In this document: positions 8,758 through 17,370 of the stretch, piece by piece
Position numbering within the stretch: position 1 is the stretch's first letter
Layout of the letters: the number at the start of each line of letters is the position of its first letter
Assembly: GCA_964538105.1 (NCBI GenBank)
Contig: CAZIFP010000002.1
Coordinates: forward strand, 1 to 32,167
Source of the DNA: an uncultured Bifidobacteriaceae bacterium
GTDB lineage: Bacteria > Verrucomicrobiota > Verrucomicrobiia > Limisphaerales > UBA11358
Reading direction: 5' to 3'
DNA: 32,167 nucleotides
Made by a program: the position numbers and the translations under genes
The notes under the pieces: generated by a model
What the model saw: the letters and a program-made list of their open reading frames with translations, nothing else
Database searches by the model: none
What the model was told of the DNA's origin: nothing

Positions 8758-8818
8758 TCGTAATCTTAATTCGTAATCTTAATCAAAAAAAGCCGATTAC
8801 GATTAAGATTAGGATTGA
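8758..8818. repeat. AT-rich convergent GATTA-hexamer arrays / imperfect long hairpin between convergent genes (possible bidirectional terminator)
   Basis: tcgtaatcttaat is repeated in tandem (8758-8770, 8771-8783), followed by caaaaaaagcc, then gattac-gattaa-gattag-gattga (8795-8818). 8761-8778 can pair with 8795-8811 with one bulge. The structure lies between the gmhA-like stop (8752) and the SDR stop (8855). Confidence 0.6.
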
Positions 8819-8854
8819 AACCGTGGGCTATTCTCATTCACGCTTCCGGCGCAA

Positions 8855-9814
8855 TTATTCCGCCGTCAGCCGGATGATTTCGCGGAGCGGTGTCTGCGGC
8901 TTGAATTTCACGAAGCGTTCCAGTTTTGCCACGAGCGGTTTGCGGCGGCGCATGTCGTCAAAGCCCGGCGCGTAAGCCTGGTCGTAGGGAATCAGCTCAA
9001 TTTTGGATTTCGAGCAGAGCGTTTTCACCACGAGCTGCGCGAGTTCGAGCATGGAAACCTCCTCCGTGCCGCCAATGTTGAAAATTTCCCCGCGCGCCTT
9101 TTCACACTGCTGCAAACGCACCAGCGCTTCCACCACATCGTGGACAAAACCGAAGCAGCGCGTCTGTTTGCCGTCGCCAAAAACTTTCAGCGGCTCGTTG
9201 TTCTTCGCCGACGCGATGAAGCGCGGCAGCACCATGCCGTAGCGCCCGGTCTGTCGCGGGCCGACGGTGTTGAACAGCCGCGCGATGGTGACGGGCAGGT
9301 TTTTCTCGCGCGCGTAGGCGAGCGCGAGAAATTCGTCCGTGAGCTTGGCGCTGGCGTAGCTCCAGCGCGAATGCCCCGGCGGCCCGATGAGCAAATCGTC
9401 GTCCTCGCTGAACTCCGGCTTGGCGCTCTTGCCATAAACTTCCGAGGTGGAAGTCAACAGCAGCGGCGTGGAATTTTTGGCGGCGGCGAGCAGCAACATT
9501 TGTGTCTCGTTGAAGCTCGTCTCCAAAACATGCAGCGCCGATTTTACGACCAGATCAACACCGACCGTCGCCGCAAGGTGAAAAATAAAATCGGTTTCCG
9601 CCGCGAGTTTGGGCAGTTCGGCGCACTCGGAAATTTTCGCGCGAACAATTTTTAACCGTGGATTTTTCCTCACCGGCCGCAGATTTTCCATGCTGCCGGT
9701 TGAAAAATCGTCAACGATGACAACGCTTTTGCCGTCATTCAACAGACGCTCGACGAGGTGCGAACCGATGAATCCCGCGCCGCCCGTGACCAAAATGTGT
9801 TTTGTCTTTTTCAT
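8855..9814 (-). CDS. NAD-dependent epimerase/dehydratase (extended SDR, UDP-sugar epimerase/decarboxylase-like)
   Basis: 319 aa with Rossmann motif ILVTGGAGFIGSHLVERLL, catalytic YASAK, and GDGKQTRCFGFVHDVVEAL. Its start overlaps the amidase stop by 4 bp. Confidence 0.8.
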   Translation of the reverse strand: MKKTKHILVTGGAGFIGSHLVERLLNDGKSVVIVDDFSTGSMENLRPVRKNPRLKIVRAKISECAELPKLAAETDFIFHLAATVGVDLVVKSALHVLETSFNETQMLLLAAAKNSTPLLLTSTSEVYGKSAKPEFSEDDDLLIGPPGHSRWSYASAKLTDEFLALAYAREKNLPVTIARLFNTVGPRQTGRYGMVLPRFIASAKNNEPLKVFGDGKQTRCFGFVHDVVEALVRLQQCEKARGEIFNIGGTEEVSMLELAQLVVKTLCSKSKIELIPYDQAYAPGFDDMRRRKPLVAKLERFVKFKPQTPLREIIRLTAE

Positions 9815-10950
9815 TTTAGCGCCGCCGCGACCGTTTCCGCCAGTTTCTGGCGATACGCCGCGCTTTCGATTTTTTCCGCTTCCGCCGGATTGGAAAGGTA
9901 TCCGGCTTCAATCAAAATCGCCGGGCGTTTTTGCCCGATCAAAACACCCATGAAGCGCGCGCGCCGCACGCCGCGATCCACCGCGCCGGTCGCGTGGAGC
10001 AGCGCGCCCTGCAAGCGCGCGGCGAGCTGGAGATTTTCCGAGTCAAAACGGTTGTTCGGAAAGCTTTCCGACCACAGGTCGGCGAAGTTGCGCGTGAGCG
10101 TCGAAGGCATTCCGACCGGCGTGAGGCAATAGGTTTCGAGGCCGGCCTGGTTGGTTTCCGGCGCGGCGGAATTGAAATGCAGGCTGATGAACGCATCCGC
10201 GCGGTGCGCCTCGGCAAACGCGACGCGGTTGGACAGCGACAGCTCCGAGTCGTTCGTGCGTGTGAGAAAGACCGCCCAGCCGTTGGATTCAAGCAGCGGT
10301 TTCAGCCGTTCCGCCCAGTCGAGCGTGAATTCCTTTTCAAACCGGCCATCCAAAACACTGTGCGTGCCGGTGTTGCTGCCGCCGTGGCCGGGGTCAATGA
10401 CGATGATGCGGTTGGTGCCGAACATCAGCGGCGGCGCACACAACAGCGGTTCGAGATTTTTCTGCAAATCCAGTCCGTGCAGGAAAACTTCGCCGTCAAT
10501 GAGCTGCGGCTCGAAGCCGAGATCAATTCCGATGCCGTTCCACGCCGCCTCGTGGCTGCCGATGGCCAGGATCATTGTGCCGTTGATCGAGCTGACAGCA
10601 TAAGTCGTCAGCGGCGTGCTGGACAGGAAGTGCGGCGTGCCGACCTGGTGTTCCGCCGTCCAGCGCTTGAGCGAAGTCCAGGTTAGAACGGGTGCCGGCT
10701 TCGGCAGGACTGCCGGCGGGCGATTCGGAAGCGGAACGACGGGCGGATTTGTCTTCGCCGCGGGCTTTTGACCGAAGCCGGACGCCGACCAGTTCAGCGC
10801 AGAATCCCCACTGTTTGCGGGTGGCGACGAAATGGTTTCTTCCGGCATTTTCGGCGTGGTGGCGCAGCCCGCCAGAAAAAGAGCCAGCGCGGCGCAATAA
10901 AAGATTCCCGCAGATTTGAACACGCGGCTACGCCAGATTTTATAAACCAT
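9811..10950 (-). CDS. N-acetylmuramoyl-L-alanine amidase lipoprotein (Amidase_3, AmiC-like)
   Basis: 379 aa with ATG at 10950 and lipobox ALFLAGC. Amidase_3 motifs are IVIDPGHGGSNTGT, AFISLHFNS and PAILIEAGYLSNPAEAEKI. Confidence 0.85.
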   Translation of the reverse strand: MVYKIWRSRVFKSAGIFYCAALALFLAGCATTPKMPEETISSPPANSGDSALNWSASGFGQKPAAKTNPPVVPLPNRPPAVLPKPAPVLTWTSLKRWTAEHQVGTPHFLSSTPLTTYAVSSINGTMILAIGSHEAAWNGIGIDLGFEPQLIDGEVFLHGLDLQKNLEPLLCAPPLMFGTNRIIVIDPGHGGSNTGTHSVLDGRFEKEFTLDWAERLKPLLESNGWAVFLTRTNDSELSLSNRVAFAEAHRADAFISLHFNSAAPETNQAGLETYCLTPVGMPSTLTRNFADLWSESFPNNRFDSENLQLAARLQGALLHATGAVDRGVRRARFMGVLIGQKRPAILIEAGYLSNPAEAEKIESAAYRQKLAETVAAALK

Positions 10951-11281
10951 TTGATTCTAAAGGGGATTATCAATTTACTGTGGCTGGGCTACACGCAGGA
11001 TACATATAGCCTCAACCACTTCGTTTTCATATCCAGCCACGGTAATAGTCCGCGCTGTCCGTGTCCAGTCGCTTGCACGTTGGTTTCTGGCGCGCGGGTG
11101 CTGCCGGTGCCGGCCCGGCGCACCCCATGTTCGCGCAAGGCACAGGGCGGGCCGAAGGATCCCAGAACATAAGGCGCGGCGCTGAAGAGTAATCGGCGCA
11201 GCAAGGCCAGAAAGGCCGCCGGCTCACGCTCCATGTGGAAAAAATTAACCCCGTAAACCTGGATTTAAGCTGAATTTCTCA

Positions 11282-13855
11282 TCACTGGCGCAACCGGAAA
11301 AACTGTTGAGGCGCGGTCAACAACAAATTCGTGTAGGGACTGCTGGCTCCGGGCAGATCAGCATAACTTCCTTCGACGTTGGTGGCGGTCTGCAATGTGA
11401 AGCCGCTATTCCACTGCAAGACTAGATTGCCAGCGCCTGGCAAAATATTCAATGTCGGCCCGATGATCGTGAAGTTTGAAACATCGTTGGTGGCAAGCCA
11501 TGGCCGGGCATCCGCCGAAGTCGCGCTGGTGAAACAATTGGTGAAAGTCACGTTGGTCGCGTGCCGGATATAATAGCCGTAAGCCGGCAGATTTCCCCAC
11601 ATGGTGTTTTCGGGATACTCGCCGGCATACTCCGGCGGATTTGACGGGATGGAGCCCAAGCCGCCGGAGAAGGAAATGTTTACATTGTCGAAAAGAATAT
11701 TTTTCAACTGATAAGTAACGCCGTTGGTAAGGGTGCCGGAAACGGGGCAACCCCGCGTGTCCGTCATGCCGAAGCCGGTGATGTCGCGAAAAGTGATTCC
11801 GTTGATGCTGCCAGGTGTCACGCCGGAGTCGCGGCTCCCCAGGATGATGAAGATGGCATTCTGGCAGGAGGAAAAATTGATTCGCTGAAAAGTGACATCG
11901 GTGATCGTGCCGCCGTCAACCGACTCGACCGCCATCGCCGAGTGCGCCGTGTTCATCACCGTGCAGTCTTGGAACGTGATGTTGGTGAAAAGTCCCGTGC
12001 TGGCGGTGCCAAATTTCAAGCCGTTGGATTGCGATTTGGTAATCGTGCAGTTCTTCACCAATAGATCATTGATGCCGCGCGGATTGCCGCTCTTGAGGCA
12101 GATCGAATCGTCGCCGGAATCAATCGTGCAATTGGCAATCGTCACATGCCAGCAATCCACCACGTCGCAGCCGTCACGGTTTCCGTTCAAGCCGTCATCG
12201 TTGACGGTCATGTTGCTGATGGTCAGATAGTCGGATTGCATGTTGACCACCGTCCACATCGCCGCGTCCACGATATTGATGTTCTGGATGTTCACCTGGT
12301 TGCAGAGCGCGGTCCAAATGGAAATCGGTCGGGTGGCCTCGACTCCAGAGGTGAAATTATTGCGGCCGTTGCCGTTTATCGTCCCGCCGCCGGTGATGGT
12401 GATGTTCGTGCAGCTTTGCGCGTAAACTAGGGCCATGTCACAGTTGACCTTCTGGCTGTTGTTGGCGGGCGGATTGAGAATCGGATAATCGTTGGCGGAT
12501 CCGCTGCCCAACAGGGTCGCAGTTGGGTCAATGAAAAGCGTCATGTTGCTTTTCAGAACAATTGTTCCCGAAAGGAAAGTGCCGTTGTGCAGCCAGACAA
12601 ATCCACCGGGCGGACAGGCGTTAATAGCAGCTTGGAGGTTGGTGGTGTTCATCGTGACGCCATCGCCCACCGCACCAAAAGCATCAACATCCAGCCACAG
12701 CGAGTTTGTTTGCGCCGTGCTAAAACTAAAACTGTTGGTCGCGCTGTTGCCGTTGATGTCGGTGGCGACGATGGTGGCAGCATATTGAACATTGGTCGCC
12801 AGCGGCGTGGTGTTGGTTGCCAACAGTTGTTGCGTCGCGCCGTTGGTGTTGAACACCAGGGTTTGTGCGACGCCGTTCAGCAGCAGAGTCACGTTCGCGC
12901 CGAGAAGATTTTGGCCGGATGAATCCACCTCGAAAGAAATATTTGTCTGTGGATTGACAAAAACACTTCCATCCGCCGGCTGCACGTTGACGATCACCGG
13001 CGGGATAAGCGTCGTGGAAACAATTTGCATCCGGTTGTAGTTCTGGTCGCCGCCGCTGGAACCGCTGCCGGTGGTTTGGTTGGCAAACAGCGCCACACTG
13101 TCAATGGTGGATCCAACCGCGCCCGTCAGCGGCTGGCCATCGAGAAAAGCAAGCACCTCGTTGTTCGTTGCGCTTCTGACAACAAACCGGTAGGTGTCGT
13201 TCGGCTCCAGGGTGAATTCGCAGTTCAAGCCGGTGGCGCCGATGTGGCTGCCAGCGGAATTTCCGTAGCCCGCGGCAAAGGGAAGTCCGACCGCGGTGAC
13301 ACCGTTGCCATCCTTGATCAGGTAGGAGTTTGTTCCGCCACCGGCATAATAAAATTCAAAGCGATAGCCGGTTTCATACGAACCAACGCCGGCAGTCGAG
13401 TTGCCATCGCGCAAAACAAATCCGCCATAATTCGTCGCCGCCGAGCCGATGCCTTCGGACATCCACTGGAGCTTGAAGGTCACATTCGTCGTCAGCGAGC
13501 TTGCGAAGCCGCGATAAGCGACCGTCCGGTTGCCGCCCGCCGGCGCGGTTCCGTTGGCATAAATTCCCCACGAACAATTCGTGTAAGCCGTGCCGCCAAA
13601 ATTAGTGGGCGTGGCGATGGCATAGCCGTTGTTGAGATACCAGCCCCTTGAGCCGCCGCCGCTGAAACTGTTGGTGGCCAGCACCCATGAAGTAAATCCA
13701 AAACCCTGGTTTGCACCATTCGTCCAGTTGGCAGTTTTGTAGTAGGCCGCCGCATCGTCGTAAGCAATGATTTGGGCTGGCGCTGAACTTGCAAACATAA
13801 GCGTCGCAAGGGTGCTGGCGACTAGCATTGCAATTTTAATTTTGAAAGGTTTCAT
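11282..13855 (-). CDS. Secreted multidomain protein: N-terminal unknown ~300-aa domain, Ig-like region, GH28-like beta-helix catalytic domain, and ~55-aa C-terminal FFRL module
   Basis: The ATG at 13855 is followed by signal peptide MKPFKIKIAMLVASTLATLMFASSAPAQ (857 aa). The beta-helix part has DVDAFGAVGDGVTMNTTNLQAAINA, GNRDGCDVV and DSGDDSICLKSG (GH28-type NTD and DD motifs). The GHG and RIK motifs are replaced (QSNGLKFGT), so it is divergent. The C-terminus is LQWNSGFTLQTATNVEGSY...QQFFRLRQ. Confidence 0.8.
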   Translation of the reverse strand: MKPFKIKIAMLVASTLATLMFASSAPAQIIAYDDAAAYYKTANWTNGANQGFGFTSWVLATNSFSGGGSRGWYLNNGYAIATPTNFGGTAYTNCSWGIYANGTAPAGGNRTVAYRGFASSLTTNVTFKLQWMSEGIGSAATNYGGFVLRDGNSTAGVGSYETGYRFEFYYAGGGTNSYLIKDGNGVTAVGLPFAAGYGNSAGSHIGATGLNCEFTLEPNDTYRFVVRSATNNEVLAFLDGQPLTGAVGSTIDSVALFANQTTGSGSSGGDQNYNRMQIVSTTLIPPVIVNVQPADGSVFVNPQTNISFEVDSSGQNLLGANVTLLLNGVAQTLVFNTNGATQQLLATNTTPLATNVQYAATIVATDINGNSATNSFSFSTAQTNSLWLDVDAFGAVGDGVTMNTTNLQAAINACPPGGFVWLHNGTFLSGTIVLKSNMTLFIDPTATLLGSGSANDYPILNPPANNSQKVNCDMALVYAQSCTNITITGGGTINGNGRNNFTSGVEATRPISIWTALCNQVNIQNINIVDAAMWTVVNMQSDYLTISNMTVNDDGLNGNRDGCDVVDCWHVTIANCTIDSGDDSICLKSGNPRGINDLLVKNCTITKSQSNGLKFGTASTGLFTNITFQDCTVMNTAHSAMAVESVDGGTITDVTFQRINFSSCQNAIFIILGSRDSGVTPGSINGITFRDITGFGMTDTRGCPVSGTLTNGVTYQLKNILFDNVNISFSGGLGSIPSNPPEYAGEYPENTMWGNLPAYGYYIRHATNVTFTNCFTSATSADARPWLATNDVSNFTIIGPTLNILPGAGNLVLQWNSGFTLQTATNVEGSYADLPGASSPYTNLLLTAPQQFFRLRQ

Positions 13856-13893
13856 ATTCAGTCTGGAGGCAATTATGGCAGTCAGTGTTAAAT

Positions 13894-15261
13894 TTACAAA
13901 GTCGGGCCGATGATTGTCAGATTTGAAACATCGTTGGTGGCGATCCACGGCCTGGCATCCGCCGAGGCTGCGCTGGTGATACAATTTGTAAAAGTCACGT
14001 TGGTCGCGTGCCGGATATAATAGCCGTAGGCCGGCAGATTGCCCCACATGGTGTTTTCAGGATATTGCCCGGCATATTCGGGCGGGTTTGAGGGAATGGA
14101 ATCCAAACCGCCGGAGAAGGTGATGTTCACATTGTCAAACAGGATGTTATTCAACCGATAGGTGATACCGTTGGTAATGCATCCCGAGAGGGGGCAGCCG
14201 CGCGTGTCCGTCATGCCGGAGCCGGTGATGTTCCGGAAGGTGATGCCGTTGACACTGCCCACCGTTGCACCGCGCCGTTTCCCCAAACCGATAAAGACCG
14301 CGTTTTGGCAGTCAGAAAACCTGATCCGCTGAAACGTGACGCCGCTGATCGTGCCGCCGTCAACCGATTCAACCGCCATCGCCGAGTGCGAAACATTTTG
14401 CAACGTGCAATCTTGAAACGTGATGTTGGTGAAGGTTCCCGTGCTGGCGGTGCCAATTTTAAAGCCGTTGGATTGCGACCGGGTGATCGTGCAATTTTTC
14501 ACCAACAGATCATTTATGCCACGGGAGTTTCCACTCTTAAGACAGATTGAATCATCGCCGGAATCAATGGTGCAATTGGCAATGACCGCATGCCAGCAAT
14601 CCACCACGTCAAAACCATCCCGGTTCCCGCCTAATCCGTGGTCGTTAATTTCAACATTGGTAATCGTCAGATAGTCCGATTGCATGTTGACCACGCTCCA
14701 CATCCCCGCATCCACGACTTTGATGTTCTGGATTTTGACCTGATTGCATAATGCGGTCCAAATGGAGATGGGCCGATAGGCTTCAAGAACTTTTCGGGCG
14801 CCGCCGGGTGACCTGAAATGGGTGCGGCCATTCCCGTTGATGGTTCCGCCACCATCAATCACGATGTTGGTGCAACCTTCCGCATAAACGAGGGCCATGT
14901 CGCACGCGTGCTTTTGCGTGTTGCTGGTGGGCGGATTTAGAATTGAATAATCGTTGGTTGAGCCGCTTCCCAGCAGCGTTGCGGTCGGATCAATGTAAAG
15001 CGTCAGGTTGCTTTTCAAATAAATCGTGCCCGAAAGAAAAGTGCCGTTGTGTAGCCAGACGAATCCGCCGGCCGGACAGGCGCTGATGGCTGACTGGATG
15101 GCCGCAGTGTCCATCGAGACTCCATTTCCAACGGCCCCAAAATTTTTCACATCCAGCCAGAGAGAATTCGTCTGCACTGTGGAGGCGGGAGTCCTGGTTT
15201 GGGCTGGCAAATAACTGGCTGACGCGAGCATCGCAATGGCGACGGTAATAAAACGCATCAT
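13894..15261 (-). CDS. Secreted GH28-like beta-helix glycosidase, catalytic-core-only paralog of 11282..13855
   Basis: The ATG at 15261 is preceded by GGAG 9 nt upstream. Signal peptide is MMRFITVAIAMLASASYLPAQ (456 aa). I hand-counted 91/116 identical residues with the neighbour over the first aligned stretch. The same NRDG and SGDDSICLKSG motifs are present. It ends at ...IIGPTL, exactly where the neighbour continues into its C-terminal module. Confidence 0.8.
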   Translation of the reverse strand: MMRFITVAIAMLASASYLPAQTRTPASTVQTNSLWLDVKNFGAVGNGVSMDTAAIQSAISACPAGGFVWLHNGTFLSGTIYLKSNLTLYIDPTATLLGSGSTNDYSILNPPTSNTQKHACDMALVYAEGCTNIVIDGGGTINGNGRTHFRSPGGARKVLEAYRPISIWTALCNQVKIQNIKVVDAGMWSVVNMQSDYLTITNVEINDHGLGGNRDGFDVVDCWHAVIANCTIDSGDDSICLKSGNSRGINDLLVKNCTITRSQSNGFKIGTASTGTFTNITFQDCTLQNVSHSAMAVESVDGGTISGVTFQRIRFSDCQNAVFIGLGKRRGATVGSVNGITFRNITGSGMTDTRGCPLSGCITNGITYRLNNILFDNVNITFSGGLDSIPSNPPEYAGQYPENTMWGNLPAYGYYIRHATNVTFTNCITSAASADARPWIATNDVSNLTIIGPTL

Positions 15262-15434
15262 GCTTCCAGTCTCCATGACGAAACACACTTTTTGCCTCAT
15301 GCGCGTCCCAACCACTGACGGCATTGCCGTTGTATGCCCGGCAAATGAAAATGAAGCTGTCCACCCCGGCAGACGCATCCCAAGTGGAGCAGCATCCGTC
15401 CCAATCCAAATCTCGCCCAGCATCAACAAATGGC

Positions 15435-16307
15435 TTACTTCCGCTGGCGACGGAACAGCATCAGTGACAGCCCGCCTAGACCAACCAAAGCCAGCGTGGC
15501 CGGTTCGGGCACCGCTTCCGTGTATTGATCCAGGGTCGTCAAGTTAACTTGGGCTGTTGCGGAATAGGTCCCGGAAGCGGTCTGCGCAGTTCCACCATTA
15601 ACATAATAGGTTCCACCTTGAAGCGCCCCTGGAGCAGCCAAGTCGCCATAAGCAGTCTGACCCAAGCCGGAGTCGCCCGTGCTGGCAACGTCGAAATCGA
15701 AAGTTGAGCCCAGATTTGATAAATCACTCAACGGGACGGTGAGGGTGAGAACAGTCGGGTTGCCTCCCGAGCCATTGCCTATCGTCACGGTTCCTTCGGG
15801 CTGATTTTCGACTACCGTCCAGCTACCGCCACTGAAGACAGCGTCGAACCATCCAAAGGTGTAGGGACTGCTGCCACTTGTGTATATTCCTATCATATCC
15901 GTCATTCCGCCAAAACCACTGTCAATGGATATGGCGCGAGTCTGTGATCCTCCGCTCCAAGCGTTAAATGCATTACCGAGGGTCGTGCCGTTGGCGGAGG
16001 TGTCGCCACCGGCGGAAGGACTGCCGGAGGTCATGACCATGGCATAATCAAAACCGCCTTGAGACGTTGCGTTGCCCTGTGGTTGGAGAGCGATTGAGAT
16101 GTAGAGATTGTTCGCGTCATTGGCGATGGTTGCGGAGTTGATTTGGCGCCCCTTGTTGGCACTCCCCTGCCCCGTGTCATTGCCGGTATAGGTAAAGCCG
16201 CTTATGCCCGTCTGATTTATGGTATCGGCGCACATCGCCGGATAAACGGCATAAGCGAGCGCGGCCAGTCCGACTGCCAATCCTTTGATTTGTTTTCGAA
16301 TGTTCAT
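15435..16307 (-). CDS. PEP-CTERM sorting-domain protein (G/S/T-rich secreted protein)
   Basis: 290 aa with ATG at 16307 and signal peptide MNIRKQIKGLAVGLAALAYAVYPAMCA. The C-terminus VPEPATLALVGLGGLSLMLFRRQRK is a textbook PEP motif plus TM helix plus basic tail. Confidence 0.85.
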   Translation of the reverse strand: MNIRKQIKGLAVGLAALAYAVYPAMCADTINQTGISGFTYTGNDTGQGSANKGRQINSATIANDANNLYISIALQPQGNATSQGGFDYAMVMTSGSPSAGGDTSANGTTLGNAFNAWSGGSQTRAISIDSGFGGMTDMIGIYTSGSSPYTFGWFDAVFSGGSWTVVENQPEGTVTIGNGSGGNPTVLTLTVPLSDLSNLGSTFDFDVASTGDSGLGQTAYGDLAAPGALQGGTYYVNGGTAQTASGTYSATAQVNLTTLDQYTEAVPEPATLALVGLGGLSLMLFRRQRK

Positions 16308-16388
16308 AAATTTACAGTTTTTGAGTTTAAATGTTCTCTTTTGATGGGGACATCTGCCCTCATAATGCGTGAGGTAGCAAAATTTTCA

Positions 16389-16412
16389 TAGCCCCCAAAA
16401 ACTGGGGGATTT
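16389..16412 (-). promoter_or_regulatory. Box copy a: AAATCCCCCAGTTTTTGGGGGCTA (gene-sense reading)
   Basis: Intergenic, with the core edge 84 nt upstream of the PEP-CTERM gene ATG (16307). CCCCCA can pair with TGGGGG, leaving a 5-nt loop. Confidence 0.6.
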
Positions 16413-16521
16413 GAGATGTCTTAAAGCAGCGCCACATGCCTTTATGGTTGTGACGTCAAGCCAGGGCGCCGGGGGCGGTTCAATTTGGTGGGATCATGTC
16501 GTTGCCAAAAAATGAAGGTGG

Positions 16522-16609
16522 GGCGCGTCACTCCGTGCGCGCCGGCTGACAAAAAAGCATCGGAAACGCACGTTTTTCTCCATGCGCGGCGGGCAGAGGA
16601 CTGCCCGCC
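16522..16609. repeat. GC-rich hairpin (REP-like) sequences in noncoding DNA
   Basis: ggcgcg-N10-cgcgcc lies at 16522-16543 and ggcgggcag-agga-ctgcccgcc at 16588-16609 (9-bp perfect stem). Translations such as RVTPCAP and RRAEDCPPC resemble the spurious peptides produced by GC-rich palindromic repeats in related phyla. That resemblance is from memory and was not searched. Confidence 0.45.
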
Positions 16610-16676
16610 CTGCCAGCTTTGTCCCGTTGTTTGTCAACGACATGATCCCGCAATCTGGCGCTCTTGCCCGGCCGGC

Positions 16677-16709
16677 AAGAAAAACGGCGCGTCTTGCGGC
16701 GCGCCGTTT
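16677..16709 (-). terminator. Intrinsic terminator-like hairpin downstream of the LysR fragment
   Basis: The 10-bp GC-rich stem aaacggcgcg (16682-16691) / cgcgccgttt (16700-16709) has an 8-nt loop. On the minus strand it is followed by TTTTTCTT. It starts 21 bp after the stop at 16730. Confidence 0.5.
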
Positions 16710-16729
16710 GTCTGGCTTCATCATGCCCA

Positions 16730-17311
16730 TCAGGACACGTAGCGGGTCACGTCCATGCTCCACGCGCTGTAGCCGGTGAGGCCGCCGAAGGGATGCTGCG
16801 GATGGCAGATGAAGGCCAGCGGCTCGCGGCGCGTGATGTCCAGGACCAGTCCGGGCCGGTGCTGCGGATGAATGGTCAGGCCCAGATCCGCCTCCATGTT
16901 TTCCACGGCGTCATGCACGCCGGCGGGCGTGCCGTAACTGACCGTCACCCGCGCCGCCGGGTGCGCGGCCCGGAACCGGCGGAGCCGGGCGGGCAGTTGA
17001 TGGAAACCGATGGCGAAGCAGACGGCCAGTTCAAATTCGTTGGCGGCCAGTTCATGCGCCCGCAGCAATTCCGCGTCCAGCCGGTGGAAGATCCCGGTCA
17101 TCTGCGCGCAATACGGGTGGCAGGCCCGGCCGTCCGGAGTGAGCCGGATCTCCCGGCAGCGACATTCGGCCAGCTCGGTCTGCAATTCGTGTTCCAGCAA
17201 CGCGAGCTGGCGGCGGGCGGCCTTCCGGGTGAGGTGCAGGCGGCGGGCGGTGGCGGTGAGGCTGCGGGTTTCGGCAAGGTCGCAAAACATCCCAAAGGCC
17301 TCCAATTGCAT
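16730..17311 (-). pseudogene. Truncated, degenerate LysR-family transcriptional regulator
   Basis: From the ATG at 17311 it reads MQLEAFGMFCDLAETRSLTATARRLHLTRKAARRQLALLEHELQTELAECRCREIRLTPDG, which fits a LysR wHTH but is degenerate. It is only 194 aa against ~300 expected and stops inside the effector-binding domain. Local GC content is visibly higher than the flanks. Confidence 0.55.
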
Positions 17312-17370
17312 CAGCGATATTATGCAGGCGGGCGGTGGCGTCAACCGGTTAATACGCCTGGGGCAATCCA

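Noticed and set aside
8758-8783. Tandem 13-bp repeat as a possible mini CRISPR array
   Set aside because: There are only two directly abutting copies with no spacers. The repeat is far shorter than CRISPR repeats, and there are no cas genes in the window.
10989-11234. 81-aa and 66-aa ORFs in the amidase / GH28-like intergenic gap
   Set aside because: They have no ribosome-binding site, a low-complexity Arg/Ala/Gly-rich composition and no recognisable motif. The two overlap each other in different frames, as expected for chance ORFs in GC-rich DNA.
13856-14047. N-terminal 64-aa extension of the 921-aa ORF (11282..14047)
   Set aside because: The extension is an out-of-frame read through the 3' end of the upstream paralog. 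Nearly the same peptide (GKSAGLRLLYPARDQRDF...) appears as the out-of-frame ORF 11406..11750 inside the gene's own homologous region. The ATG at 13855 is followed by a clean signal peptide.
15262-15429. N-terminal 56-aa extension of the 511-aa ORF (13894..15429)
   Set aside because: The extension has no signal-peptide logic. The internal ATG at 15261 has a GGAG 9 nt upstream and starts a typical signal peptide (MMRFITVAIAMLASA). The extension would also leave only 5 bp to the PEP-CTERM gene stop.
16392-16408. The CCCCCA-N5-TGGGGG box (all five copies) as rho-independent terminators
   Set aside because: The stem is only 5-6 bp. The T-run lies in the loop rather than after the stem. Copies a and e are not downstream of any co-directional gene.
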